Of a DNA stretch of 64,000 bases, positions 1 through 10,255 are shown in pieces. The stretch comes from Arenicellales bacterium (GTDB lineage Bacteria; Pseudomonadota; Gammaproteobacteria; Arenicellales; JAJDZL01), in NCBI GenBank assembly GCA_965200545.1, contig CBDAUJ010000002.1:1288850-1352849 (forward strand). Direction: 5' to 3'. Numbering within the stretch: position 1 is the first letter of the stretch; each line of letters opens with the position of its first letter. The notes below the pieces were generated by a model that was not told the origin of the DNA, did no database searches, and worked only from the letters and a program-made list of their open reading frames with translations. The position numbers were made by a program, and so were the translations under genes.

Positions 1-56
1 GATACACGAATTGCGTCGAAGTGTTTTGATTCGAGCTGAGTTGAATGACGGTTTCG

Positions 57-1616
57 TCAGGATTCAAAATAATTTCGCAAAAAGGTATCGAATGCTTCTG
101 TGTCAGCACTCTCAATCCGCTTTTGCTCGGCGATGGATTGCGCTGCAATCTGATCGAAAAACGCGGTCTGCGATGGTTTGAGGGCCTTTTTCGTCAGCCG
201 CTCTTTAGTTCGCAAAGCTTGTTTGAGGGCGAACGCAAAAAATGGCTCGTTCTTGGTGCGCAAGTGTTCCAGGATGACTGCCGAGGGGGTGATGTCGGGA
301 TGTTCAAGTTTCAGCTGCTGTGCCTGGACTGAGTCGGTGTAACTGCTGCCGCCCAGCGTTCTATCGATCAGTTCGGCGACTCTTGCAATTTTTTCGATGA
401 CCTCGTTGCCCCAAGCCTGGATTGAGGTGGTTTGGCCGTTTCGCCGCAGTTTCACCTTCGGGTCACGCCCATGCAGCACAGCCGCATCTTTGTTGTGCGA
501 GACGATGTCGCAATGAACTTGCTGAAATGGCGCACTTGGCTCAAGCAGACAGAACAGCAGAAAAGTCTCAATGAACTTCGCTTGTGCTGCCGCAATGCCC
601 AGCGGCTCAAAGGGGTCCAGGTCCAGACAGCGAATTTCCAAATATTCAACTCCGTGGTCGCGCAGAGCACGGGTGGGTTTTTGCATTGACTCAGTGCGCC
701 GCTTGGGACGAATGACAGAGTAATACTCATTCTCAATTTGCAGCAGATGCGTGTTCAGCTGAAGGTACTCGCCATTGGCTTTGGTTCCGAACGCTTCATA
801 GGCAGGATAAGGCGTGTTGATGGTATCGCACAAAGTGGTGATGTATTTTTCAATTGAATTGTGATCAATGCGGATTTCGGACTGCACTGGATTGCGGTAG
901 CCGACATTGCTCATCCGAAGCGATGTTGCATAAGGTGCGTAAGTCGTGTGATCATCGGCGGCAATGAAGTCTGCGGGCTTGACCTGATCTTCAAAAAACG
1001 AGTTGCACGCAGCCGGCGATGCGCCAAACAGATAAAACAACAGCCAGCAGTGGCGATGAAAATTCCGAGTGCCGGCCATGTACGCATTTGAAACAGTATC
1101 CTTGCTGATGTTTTCAACTTCCATGCCTAAAGATTTCCAGAACAGGTCAGGCACCGAAAAGTTGTAATGAATGCCTGCGATGATCTGCATTTTGCGTCCG
1201 TAGCGCAAACTCAATCCGCTCCGATAGATGCGTTTCATACGACCGATATTCGATGTGCCGAAATCCGCGATCGGGATGGAGGCGTCGTCGCCGATCAGAC
1301 AAGGCAGGCTGTTCACCCACAGGAGTTCATTGCCAATGTGCCGATAGACGAGCTTATGCAAGTCTTTCAAGTGAGTCAGCATCTGTTCGACCGTCTCGAA
1401 AGTCGGTGTCACCAGCTCAATGAGCGCCTCAGAATAATCCGTGGTGACAAATGGGTGCGTCAGCGGTGAGCCTAGCGAAGGCGGATGCGGGCGACCCGAA
1501 AGACGACCGTCCGGAGTGATTCTCAAGCTCTCTTTTTCAATGCCGCGGCGAAAAAGAGAAACGGTCTCATCCGCAGTGGCTGCGAAGATTTTCAGTCGTT
1601 TGTCAAAGTCATTCAT
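57..1616 (-). CDS. gshA: glutamate--cysteine ligase
   Basis: 519-aa ORF of the enterobacterial-type GshA length. It carries recognisable blocks (GRPHPPSLGSPLTHPFVTTDYSEALIELVTP, RMKRIYRSGLSLRYGR). Confidence 0.9.
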   Translation of the reverse strand: MNDFDKRLKIFAATADETVSLFRRGIEKESLRITPDGRLSGRPHPPSLGSPLTHPFVTTDYSEALIELVTPTFETVEQMLTHLKDLHKLVYRHIGNELLWVNSLPCLIGDDASIPIADFGTSNIGRMKRIYRSGLSLRYGRKMQIIAGIHYNFSVPDLFWKSLGMEVENISKDTVSNAYMAGTRNFHRHCWLLFYLFGASPAACNSFFEDQVKPADFIAADDHTTYAPYATSLRMSNVGYRNPVQSEIRIDHNSIEKYITTLCDTINTPYPAYEAFGTKANGEYLQLNTHLLQIENEYYSVIRPKRRTESMQKPTRALRDHGVEYLEIRCLDLDPFEPLGIAAAQAKFIETFLLFCLLEPSAPFQQVHCDIVSHNKDAAVLHGRDPKVKLRRNGQTTSIQAWGNEVIEKIARVAELIDRTLGGSSYTDSVQAQQLKLEHPDITPSAVILEHLRTKNEPFFAFALKQALRTKERLTKKALKPSQTAFFDQIAAQSIAEQKRIESADTEAFDTFLRNYFES

Positions 1617-1889
1617 ACGGCATTATTGGAAGAGGGCTGGGAGTTTATAATCCAATCTTGGTCGAGACTTACTTTTAGTTTGCAGCTGCCCAACTGCCGC
1701 CTGCCATAGCGGCCTGCTACATGGGCGGTGAACAATCTCTGCGTCGATTGTTGCGCATGACATGCGGCAATCAGCGTATATTCGTGTGTCTGATGACTTC
1801 CGCAAGTGGGTGCGCTCTGTCAGCCATAGGGCTCTGAATTGACCGTTTGGGTGCTGCAAGCGTGAAGGAACAAAGAACGAGATTATAAG

Positions 1890-2630
1890 ATGTTTGTATG
1901 GGTTTCTATTTTCCGCCGGGAACTGGCAGACTATTTTTATACACCTATTGCCTATATCTTTTTGGTTATTTTTCTCATTCTGAACTGCGTCTTGACCTTC
2001 CAGTTCGGTAATTTTTTCGAACGCCAGCAGGCTGATCTGGTTGCATTTTTTAATTTTCACCCATGGCTGTATCTGGTTCTGGCACCTGCCTTGGGCATGC
2101 GACTGTGGGCTGAAGAGCGCAAGACCGGGACGATTCAAACACTGCTGACTCTGCCACTCTCGACCTTATCCGTGGTGTGGGGAAAATTTTTTGCCTCATG
2201 GGTATTTACTGCATTTGCTCTGGTGCTGACAATGCCAATGTGGATCACCGTCAATTACTTGGGAACTCCGGACAATGGGGTGATTCTTGTCAGCTATATC
2301 GGTAGTTTTCTATTGGCGGGCAGTTGCCTGGCGATCAGCAGCTGCATGTCTGCCACAACCCAGAACCAGGTGGTGGCGTTCGTTCTGGCTTTGGTCGTGA
2401 ATTTAATTTTCATGGTTGGCGATCAGGCGCTGGTGCAGGATGCTCTGTCGGGCTGGGTGGCGCCAGTGCTGCTGGAAACGCTGCTCAGCTTCAGTTATCT
2501 GACGCGTTTCGGCGAAATCGTCAATGGTGTGGTATCTGTCTCGAATCTGGTATTTCTACTTTCGATGCCGATTCTGTTCATCTATTTGAATGTTCTTGTC
2601 GTTGACTCGAAGAAAAACGAAAATTTATGA
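1890..2630 (+). CDS. ABC-2 family transporter permease (GldF-like)
   Basis: 246-aa polytopic membrane ORF. It is translationally coupled (4-nt overlap) to the GldG-like gene. No ATPase gene is adjacent. Confidence 0.7.
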   Translation: MFVWVSIFRRELADYFYTPIAYIFLVIFLILNCVLTFQFGNFFERQQADLVAFFNFHPWLYLVLAPALGMRLWAEERKTGTIQTLLTLPLSTLSVVWGKFFASWVFTAFALVLTMPMWITVNYLGTPDNGVILVSYIGSFLLAGSCLAISSCMSATTQNQVVAFVLALVVNLIFMVGDQALVQDALSGWVAPVLLETLLSFSYLTRFGEIVNGVVSVSNLVFLLSMPILFIYLNVLVVDSKKNENL

Positions 2631-4531
2631 AACACAATTTTCGAGAAATTCGCTCCAAGACTGTTGCTGTATCGCTTGCTGTATTGGTTTTTTTTGTGGT
2701 GAATTTAGCGGCTTCAGAAATGTTGTCGCAGTTTCGTCTTGATTTCACCGAGAATAAACTGTACGCGTTAACGCAAGGTACAGAGAACATTCTCAGCGAG
2801 CTTGACGATCCAATCACACTGACCTATTTTGTCTCCAAGTCAAGTTTTGAGGACGTTCCTCCGTTTCGCGTTTATGCAAGGCGCATCGAAGATTTGCTCA
2901 AGGAATACGAACGCCGCGCCGCTGGCAAAATCAATTTGCGCATCGTCCATCCTGAGAGTTTTTCAGAAGAAGAGGATGTCGCAGTCGGTTACGGGCTTGA
3001 GAGTTTTCCCAACCGCGATGGCGTTGCGGGTTATCTCGGTCTGGTCGCATTTAACAGCGTCGGGCAGACGCGGGTGATTCCGTTTTTCTATCCTGAGCGT
3101 GAGGAACTTCTCGAATACGATGTGACAAGGATGATTTTTCAGCTAACGAGCATGGAACGCAAAAAAGTGGGCATCATCAGTGCATTGCCGCTGCGCCTGC
3201 AAGCGACGGCTTCAGCGCAAGCGTGGCACGCGATTTCAGATCTCGAAAACTTTTTTGATGTGGAATACATCGCGGTGTCAGAAACTGAGATTCCTGCTGA
3301 CATTGCGACACTGATTCTGATCCATCCAGCGAACTATTCAGAAGATTTGCTCTACACAATCGATCAGTTCGCGCTGCGCGGCGGGGGATTGATGCTTTTG
3401 GTCGATCCGCATTCTGAGTTGCTAGCCTCAATGATGCCGATTGCCGGCTTGGAGGCACTCGAAGGCAGCAGTTCAGATCTCAATCAGTTGACGAAAAACT
3501 GGGGTGTTCAGCTTGAGCCGGGGAAAATCGTCGGTGATTTGCCAATCGCAGCTCGGGTCCGCGAGCGCGATGATACAAGCGGGCAGTTGGTCGACTATCC
3601 GGTATGGATGAATATGCAGCCTGAACAGTTTGACACGCGGGATGTTGTCACTGCGAATCTGGCCAATATAGTCATTGCCACTGGCGGCGTGATTGCAATT
3701 GACAGTGATACCGAACTTGATGTTTACCCGCTGATATCAAGTGCTGAGTCAGCCAAAATCTACGCCACTGAAGAAGTTATATCGCAGGAAAAAATACGTG
3801 ATTTGCTGATTGATTATGAGCCAGGAGGCATCAAGATGCCGCTGGCGGTACGCATTGCGGGCCGCGCGGAGAGCAGTTTTGACGGTCCGCCGCATACGCA
3901 ATCTGCGATCGCGGAATCAGAATCTCCAGATCATCTTGAGAGCGGTCGAATCAGCGTTATCATGGTGGCAGACACGGATTTTTTGCAAGATCGATTCTGG
4001 ATTCGCACACAACGGATACTTGGGCGGATGGTCAGTTACGCAGAAGCCTCAAATGGAGACTTTTTCAATGCGGCGGTGGACAACTTGAGCGGCGGCAAGG
4101 ATCTCAGGAACTTGCGAAGCAGGGGCCGCTCGTCGCGTCCGTTTTCTCGGATTCAAGCCGTTCGCCAAGAGGCAGAGCGTCAGTATCTGGAGCAGGAAAG
4201 CAAGTTGATTGCGGAACTGAGGCGCACCGAGAATCTCTTGTTTGAGTTCCGCGGCTCACAAAACGAGGGACAAACAGGATTGATGCTGACCGAAGAGCAG
4301 CGAAATGAGTTTGAGCAGATTCGCCTCAATCAGATTGAAATCCGCAAGCAGCTGCGGCAGGTCAGACATAATCTCAATGAATCCATTGATGCCATTGAGT
4401 CAAAGATTAAACTGCTGAATTTTCTGGTCATGCCAATCGCGGTCGCGATGTTTGGCGTGGCAATGGTTGCTTACGCTGCACGCCGGCGAGAATCGAAACT
4501 GGTTGTGCAAGTTGCGCGGTTGCTTGAATGA
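2627..4531 (+). CDS. GldG-family ABC transporter auxiliary protein
   Basis: 634 aa with N- and C-terminal TM anchors and a large periplasmic part. Its position after an ABC-2 permease and before a DUF4340-like gene is the usual trio arrangement. Confidence 0.65.
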   Translation: MKHNFREIRSKTVAVSLAVLVFFVVNLAASEMLSQFRLDFTENKLYALTQGTENILSELDDPITLTYFVSKSSFEDVPPFRVYARRIEDLLKEYERRAAGKINLRIVHPESFSEEEDVAVGYGLESFPNRDGVAGYLGLVAFNSVGQTRVIPFFYPEREELLEYDVTRMIFQLTSMERKKVGIISALPLRLQATASAQAWHAISDLENFFDVEYIAVSETEIPADIATLILIHPANYSEDLLYTIDQFALRGGGLMLLVDPHSELLASMMPIAGLEALEGSSSDLNQLTKNWGVQLEPGKIVGDLPIAARVRERDDTSGQLVDYPVWMNMQPEQFDTRDVVTANLANIVIATGGVIAIDSDTELDVYPLISSAESAKIYATEEVISQEKIRDLLIDYEPGGIKMPLAVRIAGRAESSFDGPPHTQSAIAESESPDHLESGRISVIMVADTDFLQDRFWIRTQRILGRMVSYAEASNGDFFNAAVDNLSGGKDLRNLRSRGRSSRPFSRIQAVRQEAERQYLEQESKLIAELRRTENLLFEFRGSQNEGQTGLMLTEEQRNEFEQIRLNQIEIRKQLRQVRHNLNESIDAIESKIKLLNFLVMPIAVAMFGVAMVAYAARRRESKLVVQVARLLE

Positions 4532-5580
4532 AGCGTTTCATTGCGGCGATCACCGCCATCGCTTGTGTTGCAATCATCTGGCTGTTTGTCGAATTTAGTG
4601 ATAACCGTTCAACCGATTTGTCGGGTTATGGCCTGTTGCTCCCAGAGCTGCTTGAGAACATTAATGAAATTGACGAGATTGTCATTGCAGCAGCCAATGA
4701 CCGGTTCACTCTGATCAGGCAAGATGGCACTTGGGTGCTGAAAGAATCTGACTATTATCCGGCGCAAATGGAAATGATTCAAGACCTGCTAGTAGCGCTG
4801 AGTCAGGCACGGAAACTCGACCCGATTACTCAGGATGCCGATAAATTTCATCAATTGGGTGTCGCTGGCGCCGATTCTGCCGAATCCCGAACTGTTCGTG
4901 TTACGCTGTTTGCGGAGAATGACAAAGTGCTCGGTGACTTGCATATTGGCAATACAAGAGTCTCCAGCCGCAATACAAGCATGAATGAATATTTTGTGCG
5001 CAGTCCTGAGGAAAGCCAGGTTTGGCTGATACAGAGCAATCTGAATATTCCAATCGTGACGAACGCATGGCTGGATGCTGAAATTGTCGACATTGATAAA
5101 AGTCGGGTTCGCAGTGTTGTCGTTCAAGCGCACAAGGTTGATCCGATTGTTGTTGAAAAGGATCCTGCGCCGGACAGTGAATTCGAATTGCGAGTCAGAT
5201 CTGAGGACAGCCGGGTTGCTTACCAATTCCGCGTCAATCAGATCGGCAACATTTTCTCCCAGTTGAATTTCGAGGATGTGCAGCGCAAGTCAATGTGGGA
5301 TCCCGAGATGGTCGTCGCACTCACAACCACTGACGGCATGCGAGTGGTCGCGGAAATTGGCACAGGAACTTTGGAAAAATACGCGAGTGTCTCAGCGCAG
5401 GCCTCAAAATACGCGCCGCAACGGGTTCACGAAGAAGCAGCGGCTCTAAATTATCGGCATCGGGACTGGGTGTATCGCTTGTCGGAGGTGCGCAACGAAA
5501 TTGTTCACTATCAGATGCATGATCTGGTCGAATATCTCAGTGGCGATGAATCAACTCGTCTTTCAACACCCCAACAGTGA
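4528..5580 (+). CDS. DUF4340-like protein, third member of the ABC-2/GldG trio
   Basis: 350 aa with an N-terminal TM helix. Overlaps the preceding gene by 4 nt. The call rests on synteny. Confidence 0.55.
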   Translation: MKRFIAAITAIACVAIIWLFVEFSDNRSTDLSGYGLLLPELLENINEIDEIVIAAANDRFTLIRQDGTWVLKESDYYPAQMEMIQDLLVALSQARKLDPITQDADKFHQLGVAGADSAESRTVRVTLFAENDKVLGDLHIGNTRVSSRNTSMNEYFVRSPEESQVWLIQSNLNIPIVTNAWLDAEIVDIDKSRVRSVVVQAHKVDPIVVEKDPAPDSEFELRVRSEDSRVAYQFRVNQIGNIFSQLNFEDVQRKSMWDPEMVVALTTTDGMRVVAEIGTGTLEKYASVSAQASKYAPQRVHEEAAALNYRHRDWVYRLSEVRNEIVHYQMHDLVEYLSGDESTRLSTPQQ

Positions 5581-5589
5581 GAAAACGCA

Positions 5590-7269
5590 ATGGCCGAAAA
5601 TCTAAATAGAATCAGTTCACGATTGACGCAGTCAAAGGCGCAAGGCGCATCGCTGGCGATGCTTTACGGGACCGGAATGACAGATTCTGATATGCAGAAA
5701 GCACAGGTGGGGATTGCGAGCATCTGGTGGGAGGGCAATACCTGCAATATGCACCTGAATGATCTGGCGGCGCTTGCGAGTCAGGGTGTCCAGGATGCCG
5801 GCTTGAAAGGCATGCGGTTTAACACAGTCGGTGTCAGTGACGGCATTTCCATGGGTACTGAGGGCATGTGCTACTCGTTGCAGTCCCGCGATTTGATTGC
5901 CGATTCAATTGAGACGGTGGTTGCCGGGCAGTGGTATGACGCTCTCATCACGATTCCCGGCTGCGACAAAAATATGCCTGGCTGCCTGATGGCGATGGGC
6001 AGACTCAATCGACCGTCGCTGATGATTTACGGCGGCACCATTCGTGCGGGTCGCGTTGGCGAGCAAGTCATTGATATTGTCTCGGCATTTCAGAGTTATG
6101 GTGAATATATTGCGGGCCGCATCGACGATGATCAGCGCATGCAGATTGTGCGCAACGCCTGCCCGGGTGAAGGTGCATGCGGAGGCATGTACACCGCGAA
6201 TACCATGGCGAGTGCCATTGAGGCTTTAGGCATGGCTTTGCCGTACAGCTCCTCAACACCGGCGAATGACCAAGGAAAGTATGATGAATGCGCGAATATT
6301 GGCAGCGCGGTTCGCAACCTGCTTGAGTTAAATCTGCTGCCACGCGACATTATGACGCGGGCAGCTTTTGAAAACGCCATGGTGATTGTCAGCGTTTTGG
6401 GCGGCTCTACCAACGCAGTATTGCATCTGATCGCCATGGCTCGATCAGTCGGCGTCAAGCTGGCTATTGACGACTTTCAGGCAGTCAGTGATCGGGCGCC
6501 CTTTCTTGCTGACCTGAAGCCGAGCGGACGTTATGTGATGGAGGACTTGCACAACGTCGGCGGCATTCCAGCGGTGATGAAATTTTTGCTGAAAAACGAC
6601 ATGATTGACGGCAGCTGCATGACTGTGACCGGTAAGACGATTGCAGAAAACTTGAACGCTGTGAACGGACTAGCGGTTGGGCAACAGATTATCATGCCGC
6701 TCAATTCCCCAATCAAGTCGACGAGCCACATTCAGATTCTAAAAGGCAATCTTGCTCCGGGAGGTGCGGTTGCCAAAATTACCGGCAAAGAGGGTGAGGT
6801 GTTTACTGGCACTGCAAGAGTGTTTAATGGCGAGGAAGATATGCTTGGGGCTCTGGAAGAAGGGCGCATTCAAAAAGGGGATGTCATCGTGATCCGTTAC
6901 GAAGGGCCAACTGGCGGTCCAGGCATGCCGGAGATGCTGACTCCAACGTCTGCGGTGATGGGTGCCGGTCTAGGCTCTGATGTGGCGCTGATTACCGACG
7001 GTCGTTTTTCCGGCGGCTCGCATGGCTTTATTGTGGGGCATATCGTGCCTGAGGCGCAGGCGGGCGGTCCTATTGCTTTGGTGCAAGATGGGGATCAGAT
7101 TACCATTGATGCGGTCGCCAATACCATTGACGCTCATTTGAGCGACGCAGAGTTTGCAGCTCGACGGGCGCAATGGATGGCTCCGCCATACAAAGCCACC
7201 CAAGGTACGCTTTATCGTTATATCAAGACTGTCAAGACCGCGAGCGATGGCTGTGTGACCGATGAGTAA
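5590..7269 (+). CDS. ilvD: dihydroxy-acid dehydratase
   Basis: 559 aa with IlvD/Edd family motifs ([37 protein letters not shown]). Confidence 0.95.
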   Translation: MAENLNRISSRLTQSKAQGASLAMLYGTGMTDSDMQKAQVGIASIWWEGNTCNMHLNDLAALASQGVQDAGLKGMRFNTVGVSDGISMGTEGMCYSLQSRDLIADSIETVVAGQWYDALITIPGCDKNMPGCLMAMGRLNRPSLMIYGGTIRAGRVGEQVIDIVSAFQSYGEYIAGRIDDDQRMQIVRNACPGEGACGGMYTANTMASAIEALGMALPYSSSTPANDQGKYDECANIGSAVRNLLELNLLPRDIMTRAAFENAMVIVSVLGGSTNAVLHLIAMARSVGVKLAIDDFQAVSDRAPFLADLKPSGRYVMEDLHNVGGIPAVMKFLLKNDMIDGSCMTVTGKTIAENLNAVNGLAVGQQIIMPLNSPIKSTSHIQILKGNLAPGGAVAKITGKEGEVFTGTARVFNGEEDMLGALEEGRIQKGDVIVIRYEGPTGGPGMPEMLTPTSAVMGAGLGSDVALITDGRFSGGSHGFIVGHIVPEAQAGGPIALVQDGDQITIDAVANTIDAHLSDAEFAARRAQWMAPPYKATQGTLYRYIKTVKTASDGCVTDE

Positions 7270-7273
7270 ACAA

Positions 7274-7423
7274 AGGAGCTCATATACCTAACTTGACAAG
7301 GCTAAATGATTAGTCAATGAGTTCTGAAAAAAAGAAAAATATCGAGTAATTTGGAAAATAATTTCAATATTCACCGATATATGGATGTATTTTGCATACA
7401 TCAAGTTAGGTAGATAAGCTCCT
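7274..7423. mobile_element. MITE-like 150-bp element with 23-bp terminal inverted repeats
   Basis: The arms aggagctcatatacctaacttga (7274-7296) and tcaagttaggtagataagctcct (7401-7423) match at 21/23 positions. They are flanked by the direct repeat AAACAA (7268-7273 and 7424-7429). The element has no coding capacity. Confidence 0.5.
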
Positions 7424-7468
7424 AAACAAACGGTCGGACTGCATTGGATTCAGCTTCAATGATTGCGG

Positions 7469-8599
7469 CTACTGGCGTTGTGCGAGCAGACTGTCAATCT
7501 CAACTTGCAGGTGCTTGAGAATTTCGTCATAGCGAAATGCGCCGACTTTATCTTCGCCGCGTTTCAAGTTGACGTAATTAGGTCCGCACCAAAGTCCGAG
7601 ATCGGCATCGTCGGTTTCGCCGGGACCATTCACGCGGCACCCCATAACTGCGATAGTGATTGCTTCATCCTTGAGACCTTTGGTGAGTTCTTTGACCTGT
7701 TTGGCCAGATCAATAAATTCCTCATTTTCTACGCGTGAGCAGCTGGGGCATGAGATGATGTTCAGCGCGTCTGGATTGAAGCGCACGACTGTCCGAACGC
7801 GGCCGGCAGCGAAATCATCAATGATTTGCTGTCCCGCTTCGACTTCTTGATATTTTTCGACATCCGGCAAGGTCAACGAGACCCGGATCGTATCCCCGAT
7901 ACCGACCGAAAAAAGCTGCTCAAACGCGATTCGGGTCTTGATGATGCCGTCAGGTGGCATACCGGCTTCGGTAACGCCCAAATGAACTGGAATATCTGGT
8001 CGCTGCGCAGCAAACCTTTTGTTCGCCTCAATGACCCGATCGGGCCGTGAGCTTTTCAATGACACACAAAACTGATCGAATCCTAATTTGTCGAGAATTT
8101 CACAATGTTCCAATGCGCTTGTTAACATCGGCGATATTGTGTCGTCGTCTGGGAAACGGCTTTTGGTATGTGGATCAACAGAGCCTGAGTTGACCCCAAC
8201 GCGAATCGCACAGCCGTTTTCAGCGGCGATATCAACGATGCCTTTGACTTTGTCTTCAATTGGTTTTTTGCGCTCGTGATGGTAAAGATGCCCGGGGTTG
8301 TAGCGGATTTTGTCGACATGTTTGGCAACAATCCCTGCGAGGCGGTAGTTTTCCTGCAAGTCGACCGATAGATTCGCTTCACAATTATCGCGGATAATTT
8401 CAAGCGCTTCTGCGTCTTTGCGATTATCTGCTGCGATGCGAACAACTCCGGCACCGGCTTGACTCAGTTCAGTTGCCTGTTTTGCTGTCGCTAGGGCATC
8501 GCTGGTATGTGCGGTGCACATGCTTTGAACGACAATTGGGTGACCATTGCCGATCGTCACGTTTCCAACTTGGAATTCACGGGTAGGATTGCGTTTCAT
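7469..8599 (-). CDS. ispG: 4-hydroxy-3-methylbut-2-en-1-yl diphosphate synthase
   Basis: 376 aa with IspG hallmarks ([21 protein letters not shown] cluster-ligand motifs). Confidence 0.9.
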   Translation of the reverse strand: MKRNPTREFQVGNVTIGNGHPIVVQSMCTAHTSDALATAKQATELSQAGAGVVRIAADNRKDAEALEIIRDNCEANLSVDLQENYRLAGIVAKHVDKIRYNPGHLYHHERKKPIEDKVKGIVDIAAENGCAIRVGVNSGSVDPHTKSRFPDDDTISPMLTSALEHCEILDKLGFDQFCVSLKSSRPDRVIEANKRFAAQRPDIPVHLGVTEAGMPPDGIIKTRIAFEQLFSVGIGDTIRVSLTLPDVEKYQEVEAGQQIIDDFAAGRVRTVVRFNPDALNIISCPSCSRVENEEFIDLAKQVKELTKGLKDEAITIAVMGCRVNGPGETDDADLGLWCGPNYVNLKRGEDKVGAFRYDEILKHLQVEIDSLLAQRQ

Positions 8600-8933
8600 A
8601 GATACAGATTAAAATTGCTAAGATGTTCAGCGGCTGTTCTGCAGCGTTCGAGTCAATGCGCGAATATGATTTGTGTTTTCTGACACGATCAAGGCGCAAC
8701 CGTTCAAGATTCATTTGTTCGCGTCGTTGCATTCGAACCGAATGCCCTGATCACGGATGGATTATATTGGGTTGCGAGAATTGAAATAGCAGTGTTTCAA
8801 GGTTGTCAGCCGCTGTTCGCATTCTGGTCGCCCTTGGAAATGTCGCAATAATCGTTTCTTCGATACCGCTCTTTTCTCTGAATCGCCTGTCAGCGTGTTT
8901 TTCGCAAGAGACATAATTTTGGGGATTATATAC

Positions 8934-8962
8934 TTGACTAAACCAGTGGAATAAAATATCAT
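8934..8962 (+). promoter_or_regulatory. putative transposase promoter partly inside the left IR
   Basis: TTGACT (8934-8939), a 17-nt spacer, then TATCAT (8957-8962), about 43 nt upstream of the transposase ATG. Confidence 0.3.
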
Positions 8963-9004
8963 TGCGGCTCAAGCTTGGCAAAATCTGCAATGGAATAAAG
9001 GCCC

Positions 9005-9976
9005 ATGAATCCGAGCCAGAAAGCTCCCGGCAAAGCGTATCGCGATGGCATTTCCGTGCTGCGGCTCATGGAGATGTTTCCCGACGAGAGGGCGGCGCGC
9101 AAATGGTTTGAGTCGATCATCTGGGAAGACGGGGCGGCCGTGTGCCACCGCTGCGGCGGCGCCGACACCTACGAGGTTCCAAGCGGCAAGCCGCTGCCGC
9201 ACCGGTGCCGCAGCTGCCGCAGGCATTTTTCGTGCCGCCACGGCACCTTGCTGGAGAGCTCTCACATTGGGCTGCAAAAATGGGCGATCGCAATCTATCT
9301 GGTGGCCACCAGCCTGAAAGGCGTGTCGTCGATGAAGCTGCATCGGGACTTGGGAATCACACAGAAATCGGCCTGGCACATGCTGCACAAGATCCGCTAT
9401 GCCTTGCCGGGCGAGATGCCGCCGCCGGCGCGGTCCGCGGCCGAGGTGGATGAGACCTACATCGGAGGCCTGGAGCGCAACAAGCACGATGCAGACAAGC
9501 TCAAGGCCGGCCGCGGCGGGGTCGGCAAGGCCATCGTGGTCGGGATGAAAGAGCGCCGCTCCAAGCAGGTGGTCGCGCAGGTGATCAAGGACACCGCACG
9601 CCCGACCTTGCACGGATTTATCCGCGACCACGCCGCGGCCGGTGTCGAGGTCATGAGCGATGACTTCATCAGCTATCGGGAGCTTGACGGCTACAAGCAC
9701 CGGTTTGTGCGCCATTCGGCGGGCGAGTATGCGGCAGGCGATGTGCATGTCAACGGCATCGAGTCTTTCTGGTCGATGCTCAAGCGCGCGCACAAAGGAA
9801 CCTATCACAAGATCAGCTCCAAGCACCTGGGCCGGTATGTGGGCGAGTTTGCCGGCCGTCACAATATCCGTGAGTTTGACACTGCCGACCAGATGGCGGC
9901 CATTGTGGCGGGGCTTGTCGGGCGCCGCTTGATGCACCGTGATCTGACCGGCGGCAAGGATGGCCGATTGCGCTGA
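9005..9976 (+). CDS. IS1595-family (ISXO2-like) transposase
   Basis: 323 aa with an N-terminal zinc-ribbon (CHRCGG...CRSCRRHFS) followed by a DDE domain (EVDETYIGG ... MSDDFISY ... VNGIESFWSMLKR). Confidence 0.9.
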   Translation: MNPSQKAPGKAYRDGISVLRLMEMFPDERAARKWFESIIWEDGAAVCHRCGGADTYEVPSGKPLPHRCRSCRRHFSCRHGTLLESSHIGLQKWAIAIYLVATSLKGVSSMKLHRDLGITQKSAWHMLHKIRYALPGEMPPPARSAAEVDETYIGGLERNKHDADKLKAGRGGVGKAIVVGMKERRSKQVVAQVIKDTARPTLHGFIRDHAAAGVEVMSDDFISYRELDGYKHRFVRHSAGEYAAGDVHVNGIESFWSMLKRAHKGTYHKISSKHLGRYVGEFAGRHNIREFDTADQMAAIVAGLVGRRLMHRDLTGGKDGRLR

Positions 9977-10255
9977 TGCGAGGCGGGCACGGCGCCAGAG
10001 ACGACCAAGGTGTGGACAGCATCAGCGCCGAGCAGCATTTGCGCGCCAGGCAGCTGGCGCGCCGGGTGCTGGCGGCATCGCCGCTGAAGACCGGCCGTCG
10101 CGGCGAGAAAGCCGATGGCAAAGCTCCGCACAGAGCAAAATAATTCTATAGACAGCCGATTTTCGGGAAAATATTTCACTGGTTTAGTCAAGTATATAAT
10201 CCCCATAATTTTACCTGGACGATGCGCAACACCTGACTTTGGAGGCAAGACAAAG

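Larger units (their letters stand above)
8921..10204 (+). mobile_element. IS1595-family insertion sequence, copy A (1284 bp)
   Basis: Perfect 28-bp terminal inverted repeats ggggattatatacttgactaaaccagtg (8921-8948; reverse complement at 10177-10204). An 8-bp target duplication ATAATTTT lies at 8913-8920 and 10205-10212. The interior is visibly much more GC-rich than the flanks. Confidence 0.9.

Noticed and set aside
1623-2138. A 171-aa ORF on the minus strand between gshA and the ABC-2 permease.
   Set aside because: It overlaps the well-supported permease gene by 250 bp, has no recognisable domain and has odd composition. It is most likely a spurious antisense or intergenic ORF.
8969-9937. 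A 322-aa ORF antisense to the IS1595 transposase, and its twin at 39163-40131.
   Set aside because: It lies entirely inside the GC-rich transposase gene on the opposite strand. The composition is Arg/Ala/Gly/Pro-rich with low complexity and no motifs. This is the typical stop-poor antisense frame of GC-rich DNA. The smaller nested ORFs in both IS copies are rejected for the same reason.
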